Source of the DNA: an uncultured Candidatus Saccharibacteria bacterium
Lineage (GTDB): Bacteria; Patescibacteriota; Minisyncoccia; Phycocordibacterales; UBA12088
DNA length: 64,000 nt
NCBI GenBank assembly: GCA_964409035.1
Contig: CAYPBQ010000002.1
Span: 83,267-147,266 of the forward strand
Direction of reading: 5' to 3'
This document shows positions 1-10,522 of this stretch, piece by piece. Under the pieces are notes generated by a model. The model searched no databases. It saw only the letters and a list, made by a program, of their open reading frames with translations, and was not told where the DNA came from. Numbering within the stretch: the first letter of the stretch is position 1; every line of letters starts with the position of its first letter. The position numbers were made by a program, and so were the translations under genes.

Positions 1-916
1 GTGGGGTAACTGAACCAGACTTTGCGAGCACCTGACCTCGGTGTACATCTTCCTTTTTAGTACCTCGAAGAAGGATACCTGCGTTGTCTCCTGCCTGACC
101 CTCTTGTAGTTGCTTGTTGAACATTTCAACTCCAGTAACTGTAGTCTTAGCAGTAGGAGCCATACCAACAATTTCTACTTCTTCACCTACCTTAACTACA
201 CCTCGCTCAATACGGCCGGTAACTACTGTTCCGCGACCTTCAATTGAGAAGATGTCTTCAATTGGCATAAGGAATGGCTTTTCGATTTCTCGAACTGGCA
301 TTGGGAAGTATTCATCCATTGCCGTTACAAGCTCTACAACCTTTTCACTCCATGGACCCTTTGGATCCTCAAGCGCCTTAAGACCTGAACCCTTGATAAC
401 AGGGGTATTTTTACCGTCAAATCCGTTTGCATCGAGAAGCTCTCGGATTTCTTCCTCTACAAGCATTACCATTTCTTCATCATCCACCATGTCCACCTTG
501 TTGATGAATACGATGATCTTTGGCACACCTACTTGGCGCGCAAGAAGTACGTGCTCACGAGTTTGTGGCATCATACCGTCGGTTGCTGCTACTACGAGTA
601 CTGCGCCGTCCATCTGAGCGGCACCAGTAATCATGTTTTTGATGTAGTCGGCGTGACCTGGGGCATCAATGTGCGCATAGTGGCGGTTTTTGGTCCAGTA
701 CTCACTGTGCGATAGCGAAATAGTAATACCACGCGCCTTTTCTTCTGGCGCCTTATCAATATCATCTACTCCCTTTACGGTAGCTCCGTAGTCGCCTCCT
801 CGGGCGTTAAGGGTGTTGAGAATCGCAGCGGTAAGCGTAGTCTTGCCGTGGTCAACGTGACCAATGGTTCCTACGTTTATGTGCGGTCTCGAGCGATCAA
901 ACTCTGCTGCTGCCAT
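1..916 (-). CDS. tuf: Elongation factor Tu, C-terminally truncated by the window edge. The N-terminus reads [32 protein letters not shown].
   Basis: Reverse-strand translation gives the canonical EF-Tu G-domain motifs ([20 protein letters not shown]). The ATG is at the complement of 914-916. The plus-strand ORFs at 114-617 and 533-715 are antisense artefacts. Confidence 0.9.
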   Translation of the reverse strand, partial: MAAAEFDRSRPHINVGTIGHVDHGKTTLTAAILNTLNARGGDYGATVKGVDDIDKAPEEKARGITISLSHSEYWTKNRHYAHIDAPGHADYIKNMITGAAQMDGAVLVVAATDGMMPQTREHVLLARQVGVPKIIVFINKVDMVDDEEMVMLVEEEIRELLDANGFDGKNTPVIKGSGLKALEDPKGPWSEKVVELVTAMDEYFPMPVREIEKPFLMPIEDIFSIEGRGTVVTGRIERGVVKVGEEVEIVGMAPTAKTTVTGVEMFNKQLQEGQAGDNAGILLRGTKKEDVHRGQVLAKSGSVTP

Positions 917-1151
917 ATAATTGTAGCTTAACACTGATAATAAAGGCTGTTTTCAGATGAAGGCGCGAGAACACCTCCTCGTCTAAAAACGGCACATACT
1001 GCGCAACGGCTGACCAAAGCATTAAGCACACAATTATTGTTAAGGTGCAAAGAAAACTAAGGCGCAACGTGCGGTACATCGGAGTATAGAGGGAGAAAGC
1101 TAATAGGTCAAGCGGGGTTTGTTTATTACAACAAGCAAACCATGGCTTACT

Positions 1152-1186
1152 TGACTAATATTTATAATCGTGTTATATTTTATAAA
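1152..1186 (+). promoter_or_regulatory. Sigma70-like promoter (TTGACT, 17 bp spacer, TATATT) upstream of the GGDEF gene.
   Basis: Hexamers with 17-bp spacing are seen in the sequence. An AGGAG Shine-Dalgarno site lies 6 nt before the ATG at 1230. Confidence 0.4.
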
Positions 1187-1229
1187 GCAAAGAGGGAGGG
1201 GTCCCTACACACCAACCTAGGAGATCCCT

Positions 1230-1835
1230 ATGGAGTCGTACTCAGTTGTTCTCTTTTTTGTTGCCTTACTACTTGCCTGCTTATGGCTTGCAATTATGTG
1301 GGCAATTGAAAGAAATAAATCAACGGTACTAATGCAAAGGGTAAAAACTCTGGAAAAAGAGCTCACCTCCGATCCCCTTACCGGTTTACAAAACCGGAAG
1401 GGATTCGACAAGGTTGCTGAGCGCCATTTTCAGAGAGAGGCACGAGCTGAGGGCAGGTTGGCCGCTGCCTACTTTGACCTTGATCATTTTAAAGAGGTGA
1501 ACGACAAGATCGGCCACCAAGCAGGTGACCAAGTCTTGAGAATATTTGCAAAAATATTACAAGAGCTTTTCCGACCAGGCGATGCTATCGCGCGCCTTGG
1601 GGGGGACGAATTCGTGGTGGTAGCACCCCGCATGACCAAAGAAGTTCTAGAAGCTCGATGCAAATCCGCAAGGATATTGCTTGAGCAAGCTACAATGGAA
1701 GAATTTGGCATTGGTTGCTCTGCCACGATTGGTATGGCAAGCATTGCAGGAGAAAACTTGATGGGTGCATCTTTCGCTGACCTCATGAATGAGGTTGAGC
1801 GAGAGATGCGAAACAACAAGCAAGAAAGGAGTTGA
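1230..1835 (+). CDS. Minimal GGDEF-domain protein (putative diguanylate cyclase) with a single N-terminal transmembrane helix.
   Basis: RLGGDEFVVV active-site motif. Upstream I-site-like region (LTGLQNRKGFDKV ... DLDHFKEVND). Hydrophobic N-terminus. Confidence 0.7.
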   Translation: MESYSVVLFFVALLLACLWLAIMWAIERNKSTVLMQRVKTLEKELTSDPLTGLQNRKGFDKVAERHFQREARAEGRLAAAYFDLDHFKEVNDKIGHQAGDQVLRIFAKILQELFRPGDAIARLGGDEFVVVAPRMTKEVLEARCKSARILLEQATMEEFGIGCSATIGMASIAGENLMGASFADLMNEVEREMRNNKQERS

Positions 1836-1837
1836 AC

Positions 1838-1870
1838 GAAGGCGGGCGCGCAAGCGCCCGCCTTTCTAAT
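1838..1870 (+). terminator. GC-rich hairpin (ggcgggcgc-gcaa-gcgcccgcc) after the GGDEF gene.
   Basis: Perfect 9-bp stem with a GCAA loop. The following T-run is weak. Confidence 0.5.
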
Positions 1871-2196
1871 TACCACCCCTGCTATCACTTCCCTTACACG
1901 CAAATACACGCCTTGATGGCGTGTATTGCAATACTGTACCCTCTCTTTTTTATCCCAGAAGGAGATAAAACTGTGCGAACATCACCGTCGTGCTTGCAAA
2001 AAGTCCGGTCACAAAGACCGCAAACATTTTTTGATCAAGCTCGTAAAGCTCACCTAGTGCCTGTTTCATATTGCTGATACAAAGCTACTAATAAGCAACA
2101 AAAAATGCGCCTCCTTAGCGCTGGTGTGTACCGCACAATCCCTTGTGCTTATAGAGTATACACCTACGCCATAGATATGCACGTAAAGTTATACAC

Positions 2197-2232
2197 ACAA
2201 AAGCCCGCAACATATTGCGGGCTTTTGTGTGT
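2197..2232. terminator. Bidirectional intrinsic terminator (gcccgcaa...ttgcgggc) flanked by A- and T-runs; it lies at the 3' end of fusA.
   Basis: Stem-loop followed by ttttgtgtgt on the plus strand and preceded by acacacaaaa. Confidence 0.6.
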
Positions 2233-2244
2233 AATTGGTATTGC

Positions 2245-4410
2245 TTATGCCTTTACCCCACCTCTCTTTTTGATGATATCCATAGCCACATTTGGTGGTA
2301 CTGGTTGGTATGAACTGAACTCCATCGTCCAGTTGCCACGTCCTTCGGTAAGGGATCGCAGCGTAGTAGTATATCCAAACATTTCTGAAAGGGGTACCTT
2401 TGCATGAATAGCCTGATTCATACCACGCGCTTCCATACCTTCAATTTGTCCACGCTTTGAAGCAAGATGTCCGTTTATATCACCCATGAATTGTTCTGGG
2501 ATAACCACCTCAACGTTCATGATTGGTTCAAGAATAATCGGCGCCGCCTTTCTTGTTGCTTCTTGGAATGCTTGTGACGCAGCAATTTTGAAAGCAATTT
2601 CTGATGAGTCAACATCATGGTATGAACCGTCGTACAAATCCACTGATACATCAACGACTTTGTATCCAGCTTGAATACCTCTATCCATTGCTTCTCTAAA
2701 GCCTTTTTCACATGCAGGAATATACTCTTGTGGAATCACTCCTCCCTTGATGCTGTTTATGAACTCAAAGTGTGCCTCACGCTTAACCGCCTTTGGAAGA
2801 TCTTTGATTTCTTCCTCTGACAATACTGTCATCGGCTTTACCTTTATCTTTACGTGACCATACTGACCACGACCACCAGTTTGCTTGATGTATTTGACTT
2901 CAGCATCTGCAGGATTCTGAATAGTTTCTCGGTAGGTAACCTGAGGCGCTCCAACATTAGCCTCAACGTTAAACTCACGCTTCATTCTGTCTACCAAAAT
3001 ATCTAGGTGAAGCTCACCCATACCTGAGATGATAGTCTCGCCGGTTTCTTCATCACTTGAAACTCTAAAGGTTGGATCTTCGTCTGAAAGGCGTCTAAGC
3101 GCAACTGAAAGCTTTTCTTGATCTTGCTTTGTTTTAGGTTCAATACGAAGCGATACCACTGGTTCAGGGAATTTTATTTCTTCAAGAATAATTGGGCGGT
3201 TTTCATCACAGAGTGTGTCTGAGGTTTTTGTATCTTTAAGACCCACGGTTGCCGCAATGTCGCCCGCGCGAACTTCTTGCACGTCTTCTCGCTTGTCTGC
3301 CATAAGACGAACCATACGAGAAAGGCGCTCTCTCTGACCAGTACGTGAGTTAAGCACGTATGATCCTGCTTGCATGGTTCCTGAGTATACTCGGAAGAAT
3401 GTGAGCGCACCCACATATGGATCAGTCTGGATTTTAAATGCAAGTGCTGCAAACGGTTCATCATCTGATGAGTTTCGTGGCTCGCTCTCGCCAGTCTTTG
3501 GACTTATACCAATCATTGCAGGAACTTCAAGTGGTGATGGGAGATAGTCAACAACACCGTCAAGAACTAGCTGTACACCCTTATTCTTTAGCGCAGATCC
3601 AGTAAATACAGGGAAAATCTTATTTGCGATAACGGCCTTTCTTAGCGTTTTCTTTATGTCCTCATTAGAAGGTTCTACCCCATCGAGGTACGCGGTCATA
3701 AGCGCATCATCATGCTCTACTACCTTTTCAATAAGCTCCGCTCTGTAGGCTGCTGCCATTTCTTTAAGCTCTTCAGGTATCTCGTGCTCCGTAACCTCCA
3801 TACCCATATTGCCCTCAAAGGTGTATGCCTTCATCTTGATAAGGTCTACGACACCAACATGATGCTCTTCTTCGCCCCATGGGATTTGTACTCGCACCGC
3901 ATTTGGTGAAAGACGCTTTAGAATGCTATCAAATGATCGTTCAAAGCTTGCGCCCGTTCTGTCCAGCTTGTTAATGAAACAAATTCTTGGCACGTGTGCA
4001 TCTTCTGCGTAACGCCAGTTTGTTTCTGATTGTGGTTCTACTCCTGCTACTCCATCAAATACTACAATCGCGCCGTCGAGCACGCGCATAGAGCGCTGTA
4101 CCTCAGCGGTAAAGTCGATGTGACCCGGAGTATCAATAATGTTAAACGCGGTTCTTGATGCCTTGTCTTCCTTATTTGGAACATCAGTTTTAACCCATGA
4201 GCATGAGATAGCAGCAGCAGTGATGGTAATACCACGCTCTCGCTCTTGTTCCATCCAGTCAGTTACAGTAGCACCTTCATGCACTTCTCCGATTTTGTGA
4301 CTTTCGCCAGTATAAAAAAGTATGCGCTCAGAAGTTGTTGTTTTTCCTGCGTCAATATGGGCAATAATGCCAAAATTACGTAGTTTATCTAATGGATACT
4401 GCCTTGCCAT
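2245..4410 (-). CDS. fusA: Elongation factor G.
   Basis: 721 aa. The N-terminal GTPase reads [19 protein letters not shown]. Conserved synteny rpsL-rpsG-fusA-tuf. Confidence 0.95.
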   Translation of the reverse strand: MARQYPLDKLRNFGIIAHIDAGKTTTSERILFYTGESHKIGEVHEGATVTDWMEQERERGITITAAAISCSWVKTDVPNKEDKASRTAFNIIDTPGHIDFTAEVQRSMRVLDGAIVVFDGVAGVEPQSETNWRYAEDAHVPRICFINKLDRTGASFERSFDSILKRLSPNAVRVQIPWGEEEHHVGVVDLIKMKAYTFEGNMGMEVTEHEIPEELKEMAAAYRAELIEKVVEHDDALMTAYLDGVEPSNEDIKKTLRKAVIANKIFPVFTGSALKNKGVQLVLDGVVDYLPSPLEVPAMIGISPKTGESEPRNSSDDEPFAALAFKIQTDPYVGALTFFRVYSGTMQAGSYVLNSRTGQRERLSRMVRLMADKREDVQEVRAGDIAATVGLKDTKTSDTLCDENRPIILEEIKFPEPVVSLRIEPKTKQDQEKLSVALRRLSDEDPTFRVSSDEETGETIISGMGELHLDILVDRMKREFNVEANVGAPQVTYRETIQNPADAEVKYIKQTGGRGQYGHVKIKVKPMTVLSEEEIKDLPKAVKREAHFEFINSIKGGVIPQEYIPACEKGFREAMDRGIQAGYKVVDVSVDLYDGSYHDVDSSEIAFKIAASQAFQEATRKAAPIILEPIMNVEVVIPEQFMGDINGHLASKRGQIEGMEARGMNQAIHAKVPLSEMFGYTTTLRSLTEGRGNWTMEFSSYQPVPPNVAMDIIKKRGGVKA

Positions 4411-4468
4411 ATATTGACTATGCTAAACAATAAAACTACCAATAATACCTCTTCCCTTAGAGACTATA

Positions 4469-4936
4469 CTACCACGCAAAGTGAGCAAATGCGCGGTTAG
4501 CCTCTGCCATCTTATGCACGTCCTCCTTCTTCTTTACTGCAGCGCCTTCATTGTTTGCTGCGGCAACAAGCTCTTTAGCAAGAGATTTGTAGCTTTCACC
4601 TGCGCCACGACTTGAACGAGCTGAGTCTTTAAGCCAACGCATTGCGAGCGCAAGACGTCTTTCAGGACGAACTTCACGTGGTACCTGATAGTTAGCACCT
4701 CCCACTCGTCGAGATCGAACTTCAACCATAGGACCCACGTTTTTAAGGGCGGTCTCAAATACTTCGAGAGGATTCTTGCCATCCTTTTCAATGTGATCAA
4801 ACGCTTGATAGAGAAGCTTTCTTGCGGTCTCCTTTTTACCATCGAGCATGAGGTAATTAATGAAACGACCAACTTTTTCGTTGTTGAAACGAAAATCAGG
4901 TCGTGGAGTGATTCTGTTTTTTACTGGTCGTCGCAT
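4469..4936 (-). CDS. rpsG: 30S ribosomal protein S7.
   Basis: 155 aa with full-length S7 signature. Located in the str operon. Confidence 0.95.
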   Translation of the reverse strand: MRRPVKNRITPRPDFRFNNEKVGRFINYLMLDGKKETARKLLYQAFDHIEKDGKNPLEVFETALKNVGPMVEVRSRRVGGANYQVPREVRPERRLALAMRWLKDSARSSRGAGESYKSLAKELVAAANNEGAAVKKKEDVHKMAEANRAFAHFAW

Positions 4937-4968
4937 GATTGTCTATACAATTAATTGTTTCTACTTTG

Positions 4969-5379
4969 TTATGCCTTTGGCTTCTTTGCGCCATACATTG
5001 AGCGACCCTTTCGGCGCTTCTCAACTCCTGCTGCGTCAAGCTTACCTCGCACAATGGTGTATCGGATTCCTACGTCTTTTACTCGACCGCCACGCACAAG
5101 CACGACAGAGTGTTCTTGCAGATTGTGACCTTCACCAGGAATGTATGCAGTAATTTCGTATCCATTAGAGAGACGTACGCGGGCAATCTTTCTGATAGCA
5201 GAGTTAGGCTTTCTTGGTGTCTTTGTAGTCACCTTAGTACATACCCCGCGCTTGAATGGAGATGGGTATGATGAAGGCTTGTTTTTAAGCGTGTTAAAAC
5301 CACGCCCAAGAGCCACGGTCTTAGCCTTTTGTATTCTGTCTTTTCTTCCCTTGCGGACTAATTGATTGATTGTTGGCAT
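4969..5379 (-). CDS. rpsL: 30S ribosomal protein S12.
   Basis: 136 aa. [12 protein letters not shown] ... PKKPNSA is the canonical S12 sequence. Confidence 0.95.
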   Translation of the reverse strand: MPTINQLVRKGRKDRIQKAKTVALGRGFNTLKNKPSSYPSPFKRGVCTKVTTKTPRKPNSAIRKIARVRLSNGYEITAYIPGEGHNLQEHSVVLVRGGRVKDVGIRYTIVRGKLDAAGVEKRRKGRSMYGAKKPKA

Positions 5380-5789
5380 GAAATGCTCGATCTCTCTATA
5401 CGAGTGAACGTGGCGATACTGTACTATCTTAAGTCAAAAAAGGCAAGTGGGTAGTCGGTGATATGTATGGTAAAGGCCGGAACTGTTCGTTCCGGCCGGT
5501 CCCTTACTGGGGCTTTATCCTTTTTCTCCTATGAATAGATTGCGGTTCTTCCTCATTTTTGTCAGGAGTCCTATGCAAACCAAATTTTCTTTTTGACATA
5601 CCTGATCTCTTCTCTATCTCCCGTGATGCGATTTGATGTAAATACCTTGATTTTTCAAGGTTGGAAAATTCTGGAGGCGGCTCAATCACTGGTGACGGCC
5701 CTCTACTTGAGAAGGGTTTTTTCTTTTTCACTGCGTTTCCTCTTTTTTTGGCTATCACGACAATACTACAGAGAATGCATTTGGCAAAT

Positions 5790-6431
5790 CTACATTGATG
5801 TACCCGTAAGTAGTGTGAACACCATTCCAAGAAATGCGCTGAAAAATGGCCACAGAAGTGTGATGAAGATAAATAAAAATAGTATAGCGCCGAGTATGCC
5901 GTAGCGGTACATAAACTCCTCAAATGCCCTAAACTTAATCATGAGTCGAATAGGTAGTAATGACTTTAGGATTTTAGACCCATCAAGTGGTGGCACCGGT
6001 ACCATATTAAATAGCGCCAAGAGAAGATTGAGATACACCACAAAGGCAATAAGCGGAAGTGATGCTTCAGGAAGCGCGAGGGTGTCACTGAATCGAATCA
6101 TCATTGCAAACACCACCGCTATGACCACGTTTACAAATGGCCCAGCACCTGCAACGAGCGCCTCGCCCCAACGCTTGTTTCGTAAATTATGAGGGTTGTA
6201 AGGGACAGGCTTTGCCCACCCAAACAATAGGTTAGCACCAGAGAGGAGCAAGATGCCTGGAATGATAACTGATCCCATTGGGTCGATGTGAGCAAATGGA
6301 TTTATGGTGAGTCTCCCCTCTAGTCGTGCGGTAGGGTCCCCTAGCCAGTTAGCAGCAAAGCCGTGTGCCGCCTCATGAACAACAATAGAGAGAACAAGAA
6401 CGATGATAAAAAATATGCTTTCAATGCCCAT
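5790..6431 (-). CDS. Site-2 protease family (peptidase M50) zinc metalloprotease. The start is probably the internal MGIESIFF; the ORF is open up to 6479.
   Basis: HEAAHG zinc motif in a transmembrane helix. LDGSKIL motif. Multi-pass membrane topology. Confidence 0.7.
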   Translation of the reverse strand: MGIESIFFIIVLVLSIVVHEAAHGFAANWLGDPTARLEGRLTINPFAHIDPMGSVIIPGILLLSGANLLFGWAKPVPYNPHNLRNKRWGEALVAGAGPFVNVVIAVVFAMMIRFSDTLALPEASLPLIAFVVYLNLLLALFNMVPVPPLDGSKILKSLLPIRLMIKFRAFEEFMYRYGILGAILFLFIFITLLWPFFSAFLGMVFTLLTGTSM

Positions 6432-6562
6432 AATATCGGTTATAGAATCGTAATGATGACAATGAAGTGATAGTAGCACATACCCATATATATTGTCGCA
6501 TTATCACCACTCTCCACACCCCCACTTGCATGATTTGTATTGTGTTGTAGTATAGCCACACC

Positions 6563-6808
6563 ATGACTAGGGAATGTCCAATCACTGGAAAATCAACAAA
6601 AATGGCTAACCGCCTATCAAATCGCATTCGCGCGACTAAGTTTAATCCTTGTGGAAAGGTGCGAAGGAAGGCGAATATGCAAAAGCGACGCATTTTTGTA
6701 CCTGAACTAAACACCACCCTTACTGTTGACCTATCAACAAAGGGTCTCAAAACATTGAATAAAAACGGTGCCTACAAAACACTAAAGAAAGCTGGAGTTA
6801 TTGCGTAG
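6563..6808 (+). CDS. rpmB: 50S ribosomal protein L28.
   Basis: 81 aa. MTRECPITGKS ... NRIRATKF matches the L28 family N-terminus and is basic throughout. Confidence 0.75.
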   Translation: MTRECPITGKSTKMANRLSNRIRATKFNPCGKVRRKANMQKRRIFVPELNTTLTVDLSTKGLKTLNKNGAYKTLKKAGVIA

Positions 6809-6815
6809 ACACTAC

Positions 6816-7667
6816 CTAGTTGGTGGCAAATACTGTTGTGCCGTCACTCTGAAAGGAAACCATACCCGAAAGGGTATCTTTCTTTTGTATGCCAAATGCT
6901 GCAATTTTTTCTAGCACTTCTTCGTGTGGGTGACCGTACCTATTGTCTTTCCCTGCAGATATAATTGCATAGTCTGGACTAACAAAACCTAAAAATAATT
7001 CACTTGTTGATGTGCGGGAACCGTGGTGTCCAAGCTTGAGTACATCACTTTCTAACTTCTTTCCGTCGAGCATTACTAAATATTCTTCTATTTCATCTGG
7101 TGAGTCGCCGGTAAACATAAACGCGGTTTTTCCATATCGAATTTGTAACACAAGTGATGCGGTATTTGTTTCAATATCATCAAGTTCTCTATCGGGAAAC
7201 AACACTGTGGCATGTACGCCCGCTCCCAGATCAAGACCAGAACCACGTAGCGGTGTTTTGATGGAGACCCCTCTCTCTTTAGCAATACCAATGAGTCGTT
7301 CATCAACATCAGTATCATTACCTGGAAATGACACGAGTAACATGCCAACACTGTATCGCTTCATCACCTCTATAAGTCCTCCGATGTGATCAAAATCAGG
7401 GTGCGTGGCAACAACAACGTCAATACTTCTGTCATAAAATGGCATTACTCTTGATAACTCACGCAACACCGCACCATTTGACCCACCATCTATAAGCATT
7501 TGTACGCCGGTTGGTGATTCGATAAATGATGCATCACCTTGTCCTACAGACAAAAAATGAACTTGCATGAAATGATTACTATCCTCACGTACGACATACA
7601 CCCAAATGCATATAGTCCCCATAATGAGGACCATAAGGAGTAGCGGGATATATGCGTGTTTCTTCAT
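6816..7667 (-). CDS. Membrane-anchored metallo-beta-lactamase-fold protein, ComEC C-terminal-domain type.
   Basis: HPDFDHIGG and SVGQGDASFIE motifs typical of the ComEC/Rec2 MBL domain. N-terminal transmembrane helix. Confidence 0.7.
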   Translation of the reverse strand: MKKHAYIPLLLMVLIMGTICIWVYVVREDSNHFMQVHFLSVGQGDASFIESPTGVQMLIDGGSNGAVLRELSRVMPFYDRSIDVVVATHPDFDHIGGLIEVMKRYSVGMLLVSFPGNDTDVDERLIGIAKERGVSIKTPLRGSGLDLGAGVHATVLFPDRELDDIETNTASLVLQIRYGKTAFMFTGDSPDEIEEYLVMLDGKKLESDVLKLGHHGSRTSTSELFLGFVSPDYAIISAGKDNRYGHPHEEVLEKIAAFGIQKKDTLSGMVSFQSDGTTVFATN

Positions 7668-7670
7668 GAA

Positions 7671-7901
7671 TTAAATACACCCACGCGCACTCATGCGGAT
7701 TCTGTCTAGATACGAGAGAGCATATTCACCATCTTGGGTGATGTACGGCTTAAGGAGTGTAGCGCAATACTCTTTTTTTGCACCAGCACATTCAACACAC
7801 GGCTCGCGATTGAGGTACATAAATGCACCAACCATTACTAACCCTATGGTAAGAATGAGAATTATGAATTGCATATACGTTATGGTAAGTCGCATTACCA
7901 A
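7671..7901 (-). CDS. Small Cys-containing membrane protein, hypothetical. Its stop overlaps the start of the MBL gene (ATGA).
   Basis: N-terminal transmembrane helix and a CxxC...C...C pattern. Supported by operon position only. Confidence 0.3.
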   Translation of the reverse strand: MVMRLTITYMQFIILILTIGLVMVGAFMYLNREPCVECAGAKKEYCATLLKPYITQDGEYALSYLDRIRMSARGCI

Positions 7902-8021
7902 TGGTGTCTAGCTACTATTCCACAACTAAAGAACGGTTCATACTAGGTATTGACAAGCGCTTGTAATTAGAGCACTATGAATATGCCTCCCTTACAACGA
8001 TTTAGCACTCAGGTGGTGCAA

Positions 8022-8070
8022 GCCGACATTCTCTCAAGCTCTCGAGCAAGAATGTCGGCATTTTTTTTGA
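8022..8070 (+). terminator. Strong intrinsic terminator or attenuator hairpin followed by T8, immediately upstream of the SOD start codon.
   Basis: gccgacattct...agaatgtcggc stem followed by tttttttt. Confidence 0.5.
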
Positions 8071-8085
8071 TACATTTTTATACTT

Positions 8086-8691
8086 TTGCGATACACTATA
8101 GTCATGCAACCATATACACCAATCGAATATACCTTGCCTGAAGTATCGGGTATCTCTCAAAAGCAATTATCTGAACACCTTACCCTCTACAAGGGGTACG
8201 TTACTCATGTAAACAAATTATACGAAGAAATGGGAGCGCTCGCCTCTGCGGGTGGTCATGATCATGAAATTTCTGAGCTTAGGCGCAGACTGGGCTTTGA
8301 GTTTTGTGGTATGCGCCTCCACGAATACTACTTTGGTGACTTGGTAGGGGGGAGCAAACCACTTCCACAAAACTCACCGCTACATGAAGCACTCATCAAG
8401 CAATACGGATCATTTGAAGCGTGTATTACAGAAATAAAAAATACAATCACAAGAGGTACTGGATGGATAATTCTTAATTATGATCCTATCTATGGACGTT
8501 TTCACACCAACTGGGTAGACGAACATCACATAGGACACCTCGCGACACTACCTGTGGTTATTGCAATAGATATGTGGGAGCACGCCTATATGGTTGATTA
8601 TCTTCCTGGTGAGAAAAAAACATACCTAGAAAATTATCTTCACGCGATAAACTTTGAAACAGTAGCATCACGTTTTTCTTTGCCCGCATAG
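8086..8691 (+). CDS. Fe/Mn superoxide dismutase.
   Basis: DMWEHAYMVDY C-terminal signature and the metal-ligand His pattern of the Fe/Mn SOD family. Confidence 0.85.
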   Translation: MRYTIVMQPYTPIEYTLPEVSGISQKQLSEHLTLYKGYVTHVNKLYEEMGALASAGGHDHEISELRRRLGFEFCGMRLHEYYFGDLVGGSKPLPQNSPLHEALIKQYGSFEACITEIKNTITRGTGWIILNYDPIYGRFHTNWVDEHHIGHLATLPVVIAIDMWEHAYMVDYLPGEKKTYLENYLHAINFETVASRFSLPA

Positions 8692-10103
8692 CGATACGCA
8701 CCATACAGCACGGCATACATAAACACGACAACCCAGTAAGAAAATTGGGGTATGTGTAGTGTTATAAATGGTAAGTTAGATAGCCAAGTAGTGACTCCTA
8801 GTTGGTACGAAAGCACCAAGCTGGTCACCGCGCCCGGCACCACCGCTACTAGACTTATTGGATATGCCAACAGTCCAACCACACCAGTTATAAAGCCAAG
8901 TGCCATCGCGAATGGCACAACCAAAAGTACGGCAATGTTAGAAATCGGAGCAATGAGTGACATAGTGCCCGAAAACCATAAAAGATGAGGGAGTACAAAT
9001 AGTTGCGTAGCAAACGTGGTTGCCAATATCTCACGGATACTAAACAAGTGTGTCATACGTCCGAATATACTTTGCATGATGGGAGTAAAATAAATAATTC
9101 CTAGTGTTGCTAAAAACGACAATTGAAATGAGGGGTCGAAGGCAAGAATGAGCGGATGAAAAAACACCATAATTCCTCCAGCAACAAGAAGTGCTCGGGT
9201 AATATTGTAGTTTCTCCCCACCACCCTTGAAAGGAGAACAATGACCGCCATTATTGAGGCGCGAATAATAGTTGCTGAGCCACCCGTAAGTATTGCGAAA
9301 AGAACTATACTAATACCTCCAACAAACGCACCGATGCTAGTAGGTAAAAATCCAAGCGCACGAAGTAACCAGTCAGCTATTATGCTTACGTTATATCCAG
9401 AGAGAACCACAATATGGATAAGTCCCGTATCACGAAAACGATGCAACAACTCTTCACCCATGGATTCTTTTGCCCCAAGAAGTAATCCTCCGAGTAGTGA
9501 CATTTGTGGTTCGGGGATAACATTTTGAAGTGAATCTAAAAAACGTTCTTTGTTTGAAAACAAAAATTCTTTTACAACATTTCCCTGCCCATGACCAACT
9601 ACAGATACTCTAGGGAAGGTCATGATAGCGGTAATACTATCCTTAAGTAGCCATGCCTCGTATGCAAATTCTCTCCCCTCATCTGTTGTGAATGTTGTGG
9701 GGCGTTCAATAACCCCATCAAGGGATACTCGATCGCCATATGAAAGATCGTGACTTAGTGGCAACGTGACACGAATACGTGTCGTATCCGTTGATACCAC
9801 AACATGCTGATTTTTCTCTCGTATATCAGGTTCATCCACTATTATTCCTTCAATCACGGCGTGTCCATATATGGGACGAGTGGCTTCAATTGCATCAATA
9901 TGAAGATCGGTACGCAACACCCCAATACTTGCTGCTAGTAAAAAAATTGCCACCACTGTCCCCTTGGTGCGTAAGGTGAGTACTGAAACAAATGAAAGCA
10001 ACCAAAGAAACACCACGCCTGAAATGCCAAAATCAAAAAAAGATCGCCACAGGACACCGAGTCCTGTGGCGATCACCATGAGTTCAATAAGATATCTTCT
10101 CAT
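8640..10103 (-). CDS. comEC: ComEC/Rec2 DNA-uptake channel, membrane core only (N-terminal extracellular domain plus the competence domain), with no MBL domain.
   Basis: 487 aa polytopic membrane protein with the ComEC-like arrangement. The MBL domain is encoded separately at 6816-7667. Confidence 0.75.
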   Translation of the reverse strand: MRRYLIELMVIATGLGVLWRSFFDFGISGVVFLWLLSFVSVLTLRTKGTVVAIFLLAASIGVLRTDLHIDAIEATRPIYGHAVIEGIIVDEPDIREKNQHVVVSTDTTRIRVTLPLSHDLSYGDRVSLDGVIERPTTFTTDEGREFAYEAWLLKDSITAIMTFPRVSVVGHGQGNVVKEFLFSNKERFLDSLQNVIPEPQMSLLGGLLLGAKESMGEELLHRFRDTGLIHIVVLSGYNVSIIADWLLRALGFLPTSIGAFVGGISIVLFAILTGGSATIIRASIMAVIVLLSRVVGRNYNITRALLVAGGIMVFFHPLILAFDPSFQLSFLATLGIIYFTPIMQSIFGRMTHLFSIREILATTFATQLFVLPHLLWFSGTMSLIAPISNIAVLLVVPFAMALGFITGVVGLLAYPISLVAVVPGAVTSLVLSYQLGVTTWLSNLPFITLHIPQFSYWVVVFMYAVLYGAYRYAGKEKRDATVSKFIA

Positions 10104-10465
10104 GTTTTTAGTTTTCTTATCACATCAATGATGAGTGTTACAAACAACAACAAACCCAAGAACAGAGACGGTATACCTAGCAATGGTGATCTGGTTAGCA
10201 GTTCTGATAGTCCAAACGGAAATAAAATAATCGCCCCGTAAAATTGACACGCGTTTATGAATTCGGATTGCTCGATGGTGATACTTTTTTCGGCAATCAC
10301 TTCTTTTGCTGATAACTGAGGATATAAGTACAAGGAAATATATTTTAAGATGGTCAATGGGATTATGCCCACCAACATCTTCCAGCTACCAAACACAAAC
10401 GAGTATGTAATTCCAATTAATTGCAAAAATACTCCATAAAAAACTAGTCGCATTGCCATCTCCAT
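10100..10465 (-). CDS. Hypothetical membrane protein upstream of comEC; its stop overlaps the comEC start by 4 nt.
   Basis: Four predicted transmembrane segments. Translational coupling to comEC. Confidence 0.4.
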   Translation of the reverse strand: MEMAMRLVFYGVFLQLIGITYSFVFGSWKMLVGIIPLTILKYISLYLYPQLSAKEVIAEKSITIEQSEFINACQFYGAIILFPFGLSELLTRSPLLGIPSLFLGLLLFVTLIIDVIRKLKT

Positions 10466-10522
10466 CCCCCTCCAATAGACGACCTGACAAAAAAGATACT
10501 CTTTATAATAAAATTGGCAAGA

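Noticed and set aside
114-715. Plus-strand ORFs of 167 and 60 aa inside the tuf region.
   Set aside because: They are antisense to a perfectly conserved EF-Tu reading frame and their translations are low-complexity Ser/Thr/Ile. They are artefacts of the opposite strand.
2105-2407. 100-aa plus-strand ORF overlapping the 3' end of fusA.
   Set aside because: It overlaps the fusA terminator and coding region, has no Shine-Dalgarno site, and is not protein-like.
5504-5599. 31-aa basic ORF (MSKRKFGLHRTPDKNEEEPQSIHRRKRIKPQ) ending at a GC hairpin between the M50 protease gene and rpsL.
   Set aside because: It has only a weak purine-rich Shine-Dalgarno-like region. The hairpin is more simply the M50 gene terminator or an rpsL leader element. 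Evidence is insufficient.
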